NCBI RefSeq assembly: GCF_001194135.2 | Contig: NC_068982.1 | Span: 4,172,045-4,229,864 of the forward strand | Source of the DNA: Octopus bimaculoides | Lineage: Eukaryota | Length of the DNA: 57,820 nucleotides | Reading direction: 5' to 3' | Shown here: positions 11,865 through 24,815 of the stretch, one piece after another | Numbering within the stretch: position 1 is the stretch's first letter | Layout of the letters: the number at the start of each line of letters is the position of its first letter | Notes under the pieces: model-generated | Seen by the model: only the letters and a program-made list of their open reading frames with translations | The model's database searches: none | Told to the model about the DNA's origin: nothing | Translations under genes and position numbers: made by a program

Positions 11865-13471
11865 ACAGAATAATAAAAAAAAGCACTTTTCTGCAGCAAC
11901 AGTTTCTTTTTGCCACTTTGAATTTATCTTGTCACACGTAGTGTTTGCTGTTTGGTGAATGGAAATGGATTTCTAGGGCTGCGTCTAGAAGTAATTAATA
12001 ACACTCATGAACGTTTAACAGAAGATTTTACTTTTGTACATAAAGTTTTAACTGAGTTGGTCTTTTACAAATAATAGCAGCAAACATTACATTCTTGGAA
12101 AGATGGAGGAAACGCGCCGCGTTCAAAGAAGCTACTTGTGAGATACTGTGTGAAGGTTTAGTTTGGTCTGTCCAAGAACCTGAAGATATCTGCGGAAATG
12201 TCTCTGGCAAAAGTTGGGACGCACTTCACTCAACCGCCTTCAACATTCTGCAAAGGCGAGATGTGTGAATGGGCCGGCCTGCCTCAACACTCTACTAGGA
12301 GTTTTCGCGCTAAAGTGGTTTTATGTAGAGCAAAATTGAATTACACGATGACTTGATTCCGATTTGATGCTTAATAGGCCAATCATGTGAAACTGCTGTG
12401 GCTTGATCGTGATGTATGACCGCATATCCAGAGATTCGGTTCCGAATCACCGCTACAATCCGCTTGAACATTTATCTGTTACCTTTTTCCTTTGTTTCTT
12501 ACCCGTCACCTTTAACTATTTAAATATCCTGCTTTAAATTATTCTCCAGTTTCTTTCTGTCATTGTTCATCATCATTTCATACTGCGAGAATATTCAATG
12601 CTTCGCTTAGTTTTCGCTTAGCTTCTGGAAAAACGTTACCAAATCAAAGTATGTTACTTGCGATAGATGTTCCTTCGATTATGAAACCAGAGTTAAGTGC
12701 ATGTGTTCAGGTATTTTACGAGGTTTAGAAGACATTTCACACGGTCGGAATACAGCTGTTTGACTTTTATTTCAATTGTAATTCTAAACATTTCAGACAG
12801 AAGACAGTTTGCTAAAATGAAGCTGTTTTTGTGTTTCATTTTCTCCATTTTGTCTTTACTGTTTTCATTATTACTTTGTCATAGAATGATGTCAGTCTTT
12901 ACCACTTCAGCGATGTTTTTAACAAATAAATATGAATTTCATTTTACGATCTTTAAATGAAGCAGTAAATTTATAATAATGCCAGGATTGTTTGTAGAAT
13001 ACATATTTTAAATATTTGAACTAAGCATGGACAGTTGATTAGACAGGGAATAACGATAAAAAGCTAGCAACGAGTAGGCGTTAGGCGACACTCGAAACCA
13101 TATTTTCTTGAAACGATCCCGCTTATTTATGGTTTACCAATTTTGCTATAAACGTCTTTTATCCAATCTGATTTAAATGGAACATCATAAATCTATTTAC
13201 ACGGAGCGTTCCTGCAGTACACAAGAGAATTGATCGTGTTAAGTGAGGTAAATTACTTTCAATTGAGATCACGTAGTCGCTTTTCCAGGATCTTAATTCT
13301 TGTACTGAGGTGTTCACAAACGTATTAATTCTAATATCAATAATAACTTTGCTGCTAAAGTTTGAGACTTTCATTATAATTCTGTTGAGAATACTCCAGT
13401 GTAAGAAGGATGCTGCAAGTGAATTCAGTTACAATCCTTCCTTCCTTCCTTCCTTCCTTCCNNNNNNNNNN

Positions 13472-13510
<39 letters not shown>

Positions 13511-13511
<1 letters not shown>

Positions 13512-14677
13512 GACTGATGTGATGTCGCATCGGCTCCGCAGGTAATCCCTTTTTTCGACCTTTTATTGCACACAGTTTGTGCACACAAGGTGTGTAAAGC
13601 ATCCAGCCTTCGTTTGAGTGTGTTTTCAAGGGAGGAATTGACCCCTAGGAGCAGTTACAAACCTATTTACATTTCTATTTTCTTCGATTTCCTTGCCATA
13701 TTTCTAAACAAACATGGCTAAGCGAAACCATGAGGCCGACTTCCCGCCTCTACCAATGCGAGAGCCGAAGGAAGCTGAAAGCAAAGCCGTTCCGTGTGAG
13801 CGCACAAAGGCCTTAGAAGGCACGAATGCTTCTGCTACTATAATCACTGCTTCCACCACTGCTACCACCACCACTGCTACCACCACCACTGCTACCACCA
13901 CCACTGTTACCACCACCACAATCAACACGAATACCGATAACAATTTTGCCGCGGCTTTGAAGCCAAAGAAAAGAATAATGCATTTTTCCAAAGAAGAATT
14001 ACTTGCCTGCAAAGAAATGTTTACAAAAAATGGAGTCACCATTAAATTACAGACACCTGAAAACATTACAAAAAAATACCTAAAAAAAGAAAACAAAACA
14101 AAACAAAAAACAATCATTTACAAAGACACTCAACGCGAAAACAAAAGTACATGAAACAGACATTCATGAAGATGTGGGAAAATGTTTAAGGCTCATATGG
14201 CCCTTTAAAGACTATATAACGAGGGGAAACAGGTTTGCGACGATCGAAGTAAGATTCGACAGCGAAGATCGAGCCGAGGACCTCTCCACAAGGTCCTTTC
14301 AACATGAAAATCTCCTCATGATCCCTACATACCTTGGCCGTAGGGTCGCAAAAATAAAAATGAAAAATGTGCCCCCTGAAATTGAAATAAAATGGCTCGT
14401 GTCTGCCAATCGCTCATCAACTTTCTCAACTACCACTTGAAAAGGATGGTGAGAATGGAGAGACAGGGTTTGTCTTGTGAAAGTTTCAAAAAAAGGTGGG
14501 TGAATGTAGCAAAGATGGTGCGTACGAGTGACGAAACCACTTTGAGCATGATCTTTTATAACGAAAAAAGAGAGAGAGAGAGCTTTTTGCTCTCATGTGT
14601 TTATTCCCTCCCTACCTGAGGTTACCGTGGTCTTTTCCGTAGGCTTTTCTTTCCACGGATAAACCTAATCCTGCTTT
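13511..14677 (+). mobile_element. Internally deleted Tx1/L1-like non-LTR element (ORF1 start fused to ORF2 end)
   Basis: Leader, then ORF1-like MAKRNHEADFPPLP... and ...FATIEVRFDSEDRAEDLSTR...IPTYLGRRVAKIKMKNVPPEI (RRM-like), then directly QSLINFLNYHLKRMVRMER...KRWVNVAKMVR (ORF2 C-terminus-like) and a 3' UTR; flanked by (TATC)n. Clade call is from recall. Confidence 0.55.
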
Positions 14678-14954
14678 NNNNNNNNNNNNNNNNNNNNNNN
14701 NNNNNNNNNNNNNNNNNNNNNNNNNNNNNNNNNNNNNNNNNNNNNNNNNNNNNNNNNNNNNNNNNNNNNNNNNNNNNNNNNNNNNNNNNNNNNNNNNNNN
14801 NNNNNNNNNNNNNNNNNNNNNNNNNNNNNNNNNNNNNNNNNNNNNNNNNNNNNNNNNNNNNNNNNNNNNNNNNNNNNNNNNNNNNNNNNNNNNNNNNNNN
14901 NNNNNNNNNNNNNNNNNNNNNNNNNNNNNNNNNNNNNNNNNNNNNNNNNNNNNN

Positions 14955-14955
<1 letters not shown>

Positions 14956-15015
<60 letters not shown>

Positions 15016-15154
15016 GTCTGTCTGTCTGTCTGTCTGTTTTTTTCTGCCTGCCTGCCTACGTACGTATGTACCTACCTACCTACCTACCTACTTACTTTTC
15101 CATTTATCGTCTACCTACCTACCTACCTACCTACCTACCTACCTACCTACCTAC

Positions 15155-15203
<49 letters not shown>

Positions 15204-15224
15204 CATCCAAACATCCATCCATCC

Positions 15225-15286
<62 letters not shown>

Positions 15287-15315
15287 GTATTTATTTATTT
15301 ATTTATTTATTTATT
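14956..15315. repeat. Compound tetranucleotide microsatellite (TATC/TGTC/TACC/CATC/TATT)
   Basis: Directly visible. Confidence 0.97.
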
Positions 15316-16440
15316 TCTGTAATATATTCTTAAATTTTCTCTCTCTATGGAAGTTGTTAAAATAGCAGAGAAAACAGACAAAAGTGGTAACATAGTTTAC
15401 AGTAACAAAATGAGAGAGAATATTGTACGCATCATAGAGCTATACAAATGTCTATTTTATTAGATTACTTAACATTGCAGTATGTAAAAATTATAAAAAG
15501 ATATAATACTGTAAATTGTTAATTTCATTTCCTCGTAGATGAGAGATGAGAGATGAGCTTGATGTAATTAAAGTGGTTCCAGATAGAAGACATAATTTGC
15601 TGTAAGGAGACAGTACAGTTATGGTGTTTCACGGGTCCTTTTCTTTCTTTCATCGATGTCTGAAGAGAAAAGCTGTAGCAGAGTTACAGACAAATTAGTT
15701 TGAGTCATTAGTCATGTTTTAGCTGTTTTACCTTGCTGAAGCTGCTTCTGGTAAATGAGTTAATTAAGGTTCTAAGCTGGTGATGCGATTGTTGGACAAC
15801 GCGGGGTAATATCAAGAGGTTCTCGTACAAAACGAGACTTTGGATTTCTTGATCCATGGTTTTATGTCTTTAATATGCTTATTATGTCTGTTGTCACGAA
15901 CAAGAACTCCATCCACTTTTCTTTTGTTAACACTTGATATCCAGGGACATGCTGTGTGTTTTCTTTCTAGGTTCTGACGAATACTTCCATGACATCGATT
16001 GAGCATCTTACAGACTTGTATTTTACAATATAGATCCAATGGAAGTTAAAAATCTAAAGATCAACATTGAGCCTGTCTGGAGCTTATGAGAAAGATAGAA
16101 TTTGGTGCTTTGGCAGCAAGAGTTTATGAAAAGGATTATGTTAAAAATGAAATCGTTCCTGATACATACAAAGCTACAGACGTATTCATGGCATATTTTT
16201 GGACTATAATGTTGATGCAAATTTTAAAGAATTTGTTGGTAGGAATCTTATCAGAATTGCAAAGATACGAATTCTGAGGAGGCAGTGACAATTATCATGT
16301 GATAACAAAGTCCGTAGTGGAGAAATTCAAAGTGCTGCTGCCAGAAGAGTTTGGCATATTAACATCATGGAATCCAAAGCAAAGGATTTCACCGTATTCT
16401 TCAGAGGGTCAAATGTTAACTCTCGTCCTCTTAGGGTCAT

Positions 16441-16497
<57 letters not shown>

Positions 16498-16595
16498 NNN
16501 NNNNNNNNNNNNNNNNNNNNNNNNNNNNNNNNNNNNNNNNNNNNNNNNNNNNNNNNNNNNNNNNNNNNNNNNNNNNNNNNNNNNNNNNNNNNNNN

Positions 16596-16646
<51 letters not shown>

Positions 16647-17507
16647 TACTGTCTCGTATTTACTCTTAAATATTGTTATTGTAATTACTAATGCCTAGCT
16701 GTCAACGCTGTCTTATGAAAATATATTCAATTTTTGTCACAGTTACGTTGATACTTCCTTCAGAAGTTCTATTCTTTTAAGCTATCTTTGTCAGGCCGAC
16801 CAAAACCTTGTGAGTGGATTTGTAGACGAAAACTGAAAGAAGCCCGTCGTATGTATGCATGTATGTGTGTGTGTCTTTGTATCTGTGTCCCCCCCCCCAA
16901 CAACAGCAACAAACGACTGAAAATGTTATAGCTGATCCTGGGAAGATTTTTATCTTGGCCAAAAAACCCCCAAAAAAACAAGATCGAATATTGTATAGCA
17001 TTTCGTTTAATAATTTACCGTTCTGACCAATTCACGGCCGTCCCAAGAGAAACATCGATTAAATGAAAGTTCATGAAGCAAATATAAATAACACTGGGGA
17101 TATCTTTTCAAATTCTGTCTTTAAATTGAATTGGTAGATATCGATCCACTGTTAGATCTAAGTGTCAGTTATCGATCAGTTGCCTATCACCAGATGGCGG
17201 ATTTAACGGTTAGAATTAGATGCTTCTAATCTTCTGCAATTGAAATAACCAAACAAGAATTTCAGGAGCAAGAAATAAAAGTGATGAATGTTAGGAGGCT
17301 TAAGAGGAATAAAAAAAAATGGAAAAGGAGAGAAAAAAAAATGAGAATAAAAATAGGTAACCATTTGAGTTTTTTTTGTTTGTTGCTCCATTCGCTACTG
17401 AAACGAAATATGGGTGGTCGGTGTTGACTGTTTAAGCGGTAAAAATATCTGATCCGCTGCTTAGTCAGCAAATTATGCGAAGAGGAGACAAGATTCAGTA
17501 ATGGCTA

Positions 17508-17795
17508 AATATATTCTAGCTATATTGGAAGGGATGCTTCTTCCTTTTCAAGAGCTCGTTCCCAGTTTATGCATAGAGGCAAAAAGAATTGGATCTCGAA
17601 AACAAATGTGTACATACGAAAGAATAGAGCAACCGATACACTATGTAGACTTTATTTAGTAGGTGGACTGTTGGTGACTTGTATTGCCATTACTTGGGGT
17701 TTCATAGGCATAAAAACATTATTCAACCAGACAAGCGACATGAATAAAGTCTTAACATGGAACTTAGAAGGTGATTATCCTTAATGCATTCTACA
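17508..17795 (+). repeat. Second copy of the segment at 10988-11265
   Basis: Same sequence; this copy has TAT>TAA in the long frame. Confidence 0.9.
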
Positions 17796-18120
17796 CAAAT
17801 TAGATAGGTTTCGGCTAGTATAGACCCAGGACATGTCTAACTTAATAGCACCACCTGGTGAAGTCTTTTAGTCATATATTGGGTACAATGGCCCAGCCTA
17901 GCAAAGGGTTACCATTGGTGGAGACATATCCGGGTGAATTTTATGGGATCTGTTTCCGTTTTGATGTATTTTGGTATAATATTAAAGAGAGCTGGACCGG
18001 TTGAGGTAAAGCAGTTGTGTTGTAATGTTGTTATGTGTCTTGAGTTCGATTTTTGTTTGGGCGGATAGCATGGGGCCAAGTCTTGGGTGGATTTTAAAAT
18101 TGATGCCAACATCATTTGTA
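17795..18120 (-). mobile_element. CR1/L2-like LINE 3' end
   Basis: HITTLQHNCFTSTGPALFNIIPKYIK...; same family as 55170-55510 in opposite orientation (shared gactttaccaggtggtgctattaagttagacatg 3' UTR). Confidence 0.7.
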
Positions 18121-18137
18121 CAATATTGATGGAATAT

Positions 18138-18355
18138 TAAGGCAGCGAGCTGGCAGAAACGTTAGCACGCCGGGCGAAATGCTTAGCGGTATTTCGTCTG
18201 TCTTTACGTTCTGAGTTCAAATTCTGCCGAGGTCGACTTTGCCTTTCATCTTTTCGGGGTCGATAAATTAAGTACCAGTTGCGTACTGGGGGTCAATCTA
18301 ATCAACTGGCCTCCTCCTCAAAAATTTGGGGGCTTTGTGCCTAGAGTAGAAAAGG
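18138..18355 (+). mobile_element. SINE family B copy
   Basis: aaggcagcgagctggcagaaacgttagcacgccgggcgaaatgcttagcgg...gttctgagttcaaattc...ggggtcgataaattaagtacc. Further copies near 4965, 6490, 8545, 25615, 30240, 32520 and 54185. Confidence 0.9.
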
Positions 18356-19463
18356 ATAAAGATTTAATATTTTCCACATCACACAAATGATGTAGCGGTC
18401 ACAGCGGCGTTGGAGAGAGTAGAGATTGAGTTTTTTTAGTCTATAATATTTTATTTACCTTGAGATTTCATATTTTGTAGCTCTATTGTATCCATAGCTA
18501 AAATATTTAACGCCATATTCAGTAATTTTAATAACGAAAAATTTCAAATGGGGGACAGAACTCTCACATAAGTTCCCTGGCGAAATTAGCGACAATCTAG
18601 AAAATAGAGGGAATTAATCAATTTTGCGCTAGATCTTATTGTTTCTAGAAATAAGAAAATAGAATTATATGATGTTGATCTGTTTTACAATGGCGTTGGT
18701 GATACATTTGAAGTGATACAAATCTACGGTCTTTAGTTTTTTTTTCTTTATAAAGACATAAGAAAAAACAAGCGTTTTCTGAAATTTCGGAGTCGCTGAG
18801 TCTAAGGCACCCCCCCCCCCAAAAAAAAACCCCCACATGCCACGTATACATATGAAGTATGAGAAAATTCAATCGATTACAAGTTTTATTGGATTTTCTG
18901 AGAGAAAGCGTAGTCTATCTGGTTGAAATACTATGAATTACGCCAAAAGCAGTTATTAGTAGAGATTTTTTCTCTTTCAAAGTGAAGCCTCATATCAACC
19001 TATCGTGTTGGTAATTCAATCAAGACAAAGACTGGCAGACTGAATATGTTGCAGCTGTAAATGTATTTATTATATAAAAAGAAAACTCGTGAAGAACACT
19101 TATAAAAATACATACAAATTGAAAAAAACTATATCCACAACGATACAATAATATCGGTGTAGATTATGCATATTTAATAACATACATAGTGTTCATACCA
19201 TACCACATGTATGCATATATGAAACTGTATACACAAACGCATGCATACATACACACACACATATATATACACGCATACATGTATACATTTATACATACAT
19301 ACAAGCATGCCTACCTGCCTCAAAGGTTTCACTCATTAAATTGCGTATGCTGGTTCACCAATTTCATTGATTTTTGTGAATCCTATCAATTCCCGTATTT
19401 ATTTCCGTTTGGTATCTATTTTATTGATTTCTGGTTATCTGTGTATATATTTAACAAACACAT

Positions 19464-19515
<52 letters not shown>

Positions 19516-19879
19516 ACGTTTTTCTCCACCGGTTCCATCACCGCGTCAATTATCACTGTTCTGCTATTTTCCCCAAGTCCCAACCAAGTAAAATATTATG
19601 GATCACACTTCAAAATAACGGCGTTACACTTTTACTCACCAAACACTATCATCATTTGTTGCTTTGTACGATTCTCTAAGTTCTTCATCTTCTAGGCCCT
19701 TGGTCTTTGGCGCCAATTCTCTGCTCGTTGGTCTTTGGCATCAATTCCCCTCTAATTTCAGCGGGGAATTCCATAACTTGATTCCGTATTATGGACAGTT
19801 TGTGACACATTTTAGGTCTCGTGTTCAATCAACATTGGTTGGGTGAGAGATGGTCATTTTGTTGTTTCTAGTACGGTAC

Positions 19880-20225
19880 GGAGTGAAAGCGCATGGCTCA
19901 GTAGTTAGAGCGTCAAGCTTACGATCGTGAGGTTGTGATTTCGAATCCCTGACCGGGCTGCGTTTTGTGTTCTTGAGCAAGACACTTTATTTCACGTTGC
20001 TCCAGTTCTATTCAGCTGTAGAAATGAGTTGCGACGTCACAGGTGCCAAGCTGTATCGGCCCCTTTGCTTTTCTCTTGGATGACACTGGTGGCGTGGAGA
20101 GGGGAGGCCGGTATGCATGGACGACAGCTGGTTTTCCATAAACAACCTTGCCCGGACTTGTGCCTGGGAGGGTAACTTTCTAGGTGCGATCCCGTGGTCA
20201 GTCATGACCGAAGGGGGTCTCAGCA
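19880..20225 (+). mobile_element. tRNA-derived SINE, separate family
   Basis: A box TGGCTCAGTAGTTAGAG, B box ATTTCGAATCCC, core TTCTTGAGCAAGACACTTTATTTCAC...AAATGAG. Confidence 0.8.
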
Positions 20226-20504
20226 GTACGGTAGGGATGTCGTCCACAAAAGTGAACAGTAACCCGTCTCATCTGATCTTCATTCTTTGTAAGTAATTTG
20301 TTTCATCTCTCAATACGAACAATATTGCCATCACAAAGAGGATCGGAGAAATGACACATCATATCAACGTATCGATCCCCAGTGTCTGCGAGTTGTTCTT
20401 GAATTCCGTAAATAGAGGCGCAAGAGTGGTGTATTTAATAAGCGCACACATTCATAAATATTTACATACGTATCTACGAACCTTTTAAGATGTAACTTAA
20501 TACT

Positions 20505-20952
20505 GATTTCGAATTTTGGCACACGACCAGTAATTTCGGGGGCAAGTCAATTACATCGACCCCAGTCTTCAACTGGTACTTATTTTATCGATTCCAAAAC
20601 GACGAAAAGCAAAGCTGATCTGGGTGGAATTTGAGCTTAGATCGTAAAGACGGACGAAGTACTACAAAACATTTTGTCCGGCGTCGTAACGATTCTGCCG
20701 GTTCAACGCCTTAAAAATTAATTTAATATTACGTTACTGGTCGAGGTGGCGAACTGGCGAGATAGTTAGCGTGCTGGGCAAAATGCTTAACAGCATTTCG
20801 TCCGTCTTCATGTTCTGAGTTCAAATTCCGCTGAAGTCGATTTTAACTTTCATCCTTCCAGGGTCGATAAAATAAGAACCAGATGGGGCACTGGGGTCGA
20901 TGTAATCGATTTACTCTCTTCACCAAAATTTCTGGTGCCAAAATGTGAAACC
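20505..20952. mobile_element. Head-to-head pair of SINE family B copies
   Basis: Minus copy 20505-20715 and plus copy 20738-20952; the plus copy has a 13-bp TSD AATATTACGTTAC (20725-20737, 20953-20965). Confidence 0.88.
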
Positions 20953-21229
20953 AATATTACGTTACCGGTGAGTTCCAACTCGTTATATTAGTTAAGATAG
21001 GACAAATTAATATTCTTAAGCTAAGTTTTAGTGAATATTAAGTGACAAGGAACAATAACTGACAAATGCAATCGCAAACTTCAGAAATTTGTACAAAAAA
21101 GAATCTATATGTATTTGTGTGTAGACAAGGTCTTGGTCATAGGTCATACGATATCCATGCAAAACTTTGAATTACAAATGCGAATAAAATTTACTTTAAA
21201 ATAATATTCTGTCAATGTTGTATGGGGAA

Positions 21230-21340
21230 TCTGTACACCCACGTGATTGGCTAAGTGAACTATACTAATTAGTATAAATGAGCATGCGCAGAACAATCTG
21301 AGAAGAGTGTCATATGCGCAGTCGTAGTGTACAGGTCGTA
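21230..21340. promoter_or_regulatory. Promoter-like motif cluster, target gene unknown
   Basis: CACGTG E-box next to an inverted CCAAT (ATTGGC), TATAAA, GCATGCGCA and ATATGCGCA (NRF1-like) within about 110 bp of non-repetitive DNA. Confidence 0.3.
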
Positions 21341-21699
21341 GGAATCCTTGAATAGAGATATCGTGGAATGTTTGTTGAAGATACACAGTTGGAGAGAGTA
21401 ATAGGAGAACATCTCTTATAACAGTTCAGATACAACAGTGACGACAACAAGTCGTACGTCATATTAGTCAATGAAGTTTATATGGAAACATTTTAACTTC
21501 AGAAATATACGTCATCACGCCTGTGCAGACTGTGTAATTTCAATTCACGATTCACCAACCAGAAGTACGAGTGCAATGCTGTTTAGCAAGGGACAGAGTT
21601 CACATTCACAAACTGATGTTCCTCGCTTTGATCATTCAGTGTCGTTCGAGTCAGACAGAAGGCATTGTTCAGATAACCAGTCAAAATTACGAACCACAG

Positions 21700-21907
21700 A
21701 CGTGGCGTGGTTGTTTGTTTTCCAACCACATGGTTTCGGGTTCAGTCCCATTCCGTGGTACTTTGGGCAAGTGTTTTCTACTCTAACCTCGGCCAACCAA
21801 AGCCTTGTGGGTGTATTTGGTAGACGGAAACTGGAAGAAGCCTGTCGTATACACACACACATACAGACATATTAAAATTTATAATTTTAATTTTATCCTT
21901 TATGTTT

Positions 21908-21988
<81 letters not shown>

Positions 21989-22200
21989 CGTATATATATC
22001 TGTGTGTATGTGCGTGTCTTTGTATCTACGTTTTTCCCCACCACCACCTGACAACGGTGTGGGTGTGTTTACGACCCTGTAAGCGGTTCGGCAAAAGAAA
22101 CTGATAGAATAAGTACCAGGCTTAAAAACATAAGTAATTCTTCAAGGCTGTGCCCCAGCACTGTCACAGTCTAATGACCGAAACAAGTAGAAGATAAAAG
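21700..22200 (+). mobile_element. SINE family A copy
   Basis: Same layout with long (TA)n centre. Confidence 0.9.
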
Positions 22201-22394
22201 ACAACATATTTCTCATGCAATACTTGTATGAACTGAAGGTCGACCAAATCTGATTGCATCTCTTATGTAGAAGGATTTTAATTTAGGTCATTGAAATCCT
22301 TGATCCATACAAACATTAAGTGAATACGTGTTTGAGTTTGCAAGAAAAATCTTTTAGTTTTCTTTCATGCATATCCTTATCTTATTGATCACAT

Positions 22395-22745
22395 ATCTTT
22401 TGGGCAGCTGACATAACATTTCATGTAGATGGTGTCATCAATTGATACAAATACGCATTATGTTGCTGAAAAGGATAAGTTGAAACAATCCCTAAAATCC
22501 TTACAGCTTAATTCAACCTCTTGGGAAAGTTATTGCCTACATCGATCTGAATGGCGTAAAATGTGTCATGATGCATCAAAACAATTTGTGTTGAAAAAAC
22601 AGCAATAAAAATATTATATCCTGAAATTAGCAGACGCATTTGTCCAATGTCAGGCAAAATCAAAATTCTCAGTGTCCCCATTATGATTTCATAGCAAAAT
22701 CCATTCCTGGACTCAAATTACATTCACTCATCCATCGCAAATAGA
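22395..22745 (+). mobile_element. Degraded RTE-like LINE 3' end
   Basis: FGQL...KDKLKQSLKSLQLNSTSWESYCLHRSEWRKMCHDA...GLKLHSLIHRK resembles the RTE ORF C-terminus (KDTLK..L....WE.LA.DRS.WR). Confidence 0.55.
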
Positions 22746-23039
22746 TGCAGCTTTCATTTTTAATCCTTTCTTTTAAAAAAATCCTTTCCTTCAAACGTTC
22801 ATACTCCGAAATCGAAGGGAGTGATCTTCCTGAAACTGGAACTAATGTTGTGACCAGCCCTGTGTTAGGGGTTTGAGCTTCGATTCACAGTTACAGTGTA
22901 ATTGAACTTTTCACTTCTCATGTAATGTTGATGATATCTAACGTGTTTTTCCTAACATTGACTGACAGTTGTTCATACAATAGTTAGAAGGATGGGCGTA
23001 CCACCTCATTTTGTCAGCATCGTAAGAACGTGGGTTAAA

Positions 23040-23230
23040 CAAGACTTGATGCTATGAAGTAATTTCTGATGCCTTCAACGATCTTCTGGCTCCAAATTTC
23101 TAAGAGTGGCAATATCTTGAGAGCAAAGTCTGCCCACGCAATCTCATCAAGATCTCGGAATTACAAGCTGCAATCATTGATAAATTTGTCAACATGACAA
23201 CTAATTTATGCTCTTAAAATTATCGATCGG
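23040..23230 (+). mobile_element. Degraded Tc1/mariner transposase C-terminal remnant
   Basis: DLLAPNF*EWQYLESKVCPRNLIKISELQAAI resembles DLTPLDFFLWGYLKSKVY....IEELKAAI. Confidence 0.45.
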
Positions 23231-24554
23231 TACCAAAAATAATGCATGCCTGTTTAGTTGCAGAAGGAGTTCATTTTAACCATTTCATTTGAAAACAGGA
23301 AATCTTGAGATTTTTATTGAAAAGAAGATAATATTTGCCCAAAAAGCAATAAATTATATTATGTATTTTTTATTTTGATAACGCACTTGTGACATTCTTT
23401 CTCCTCCTCTTCAGCGATATCTCTGGTTCTCTTGGTTCAGACATACGAAATTGGTGGAATAGATGATACACGGAAAAAGAAGGGATACAATGGAGCGGCG
23501 AGGTTACAATGAAAAATGAAAAGATACACTGAAATCGTAAAAATAGTTTGAAACGTGAAGACTGCTCCCTTGGTATCATTGGATCTGTAAGCTCACTTAC
23601 CTTCTAAACTGCAGCTTACCCCTTCTATTCCTTGCTAAAGGATCTTCACCAACTTTATCGAATCTTCCTACCCTTCACTTCTCAACAATGATGGCACCAG
23701 CAACAGTTATGCCGCAGAGAAAGTGTCCACATTTACAGCTCACTTTCTACTCAACTACGCACAGCACACAATAAGTGAAAACATTAAAAAAGTACCCTTT
23801 TTTTGACTGCAACTGGTTTATTCCTACGTCATGTGCAAACACATTTCTAGTCGGTTCAGACCAAGGCCATCGGTCCTGTCCCCTGTTTATTGCATTTGCC
23901 CTCAAACAATGTATCCCACAAATATCTAATATCTTTGTCATAGTCTCCAAATTTCTCTCCTTCACTTCATACAGGAATATATTCTGATATATGGAAAATC
24001 CTTACAGTGTGTCCTATTCAGAAGAGGTGGGGAAACCCTTTCTGTTCCTACTAGCTATCATCCCACGGTAGTCTCAATATCTCAAAAGTAACGGAGACAA
24101 CCATTAATAATGATTTTCTGTGTTATCTTGAATCTCTCTCTCTGGTGCAGCTGTCGTAATACTGACCATTAAGAAGACGAAGAGGAAGAGAAGGAAGAGG
24201 AAGTAGAAGGAAAGAAAGAAGAGGGAGAGGAAGAAGAGAAAAATCTATATAGATTCAGTCAAAAGGCTCATACTGTCACATCGGTGGGATCTCGTCCTTG
24301 AGAAATTTCTTGAAAACAATATAGTTAATACTTAAAATCAAAAACCTGTTTGGCTTGTTTGAAACATAAATCTTGAAGCAAAGAAACTTGCCAATGGAAC
24401 CAATCCCTCTTGAATGAATGGTTTGTTATCAGATAGCACCATCGTGACATGCGCTGTGAAGCTCTCACCGACCCACATTCAAACAACTCTGGTGGACTCC
24501 AAGGATCGCTATTGTTTCCCACCCACTCTTCTATATAATCAACTTATTTTTTGG

Positions 24555-24815
24555 GAAGCCTAGTACTTATACTATCATACTATTTTGCTGAACCGCTAAG
24601 TTATGGGAACGTAAACACCGGTTGTGAAGCTGTGGTTACACACACGCACACACATAAGGGGCTTCTTTCAGTTTCCGTCTACCAAATCCATTCACAAAGC
24701 TTTAGTCGACCCGGCCCCGCCCGGCCCGCGGCTATAGTAAAAGACACGTGCCCAAGGTGTCACGAAGTAGTTAAGAAGCAAACCTCATACCACACAGCCA
24801 CGCCTGCACCTATAC
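24555..24815 (-). mobile_element. SINE family A copy, deleted
   Basis: cctagtacttat...ccgctaagtt...gggcttctttcagtttccgtctacc...accacacagccac. Confidence 0.85.
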
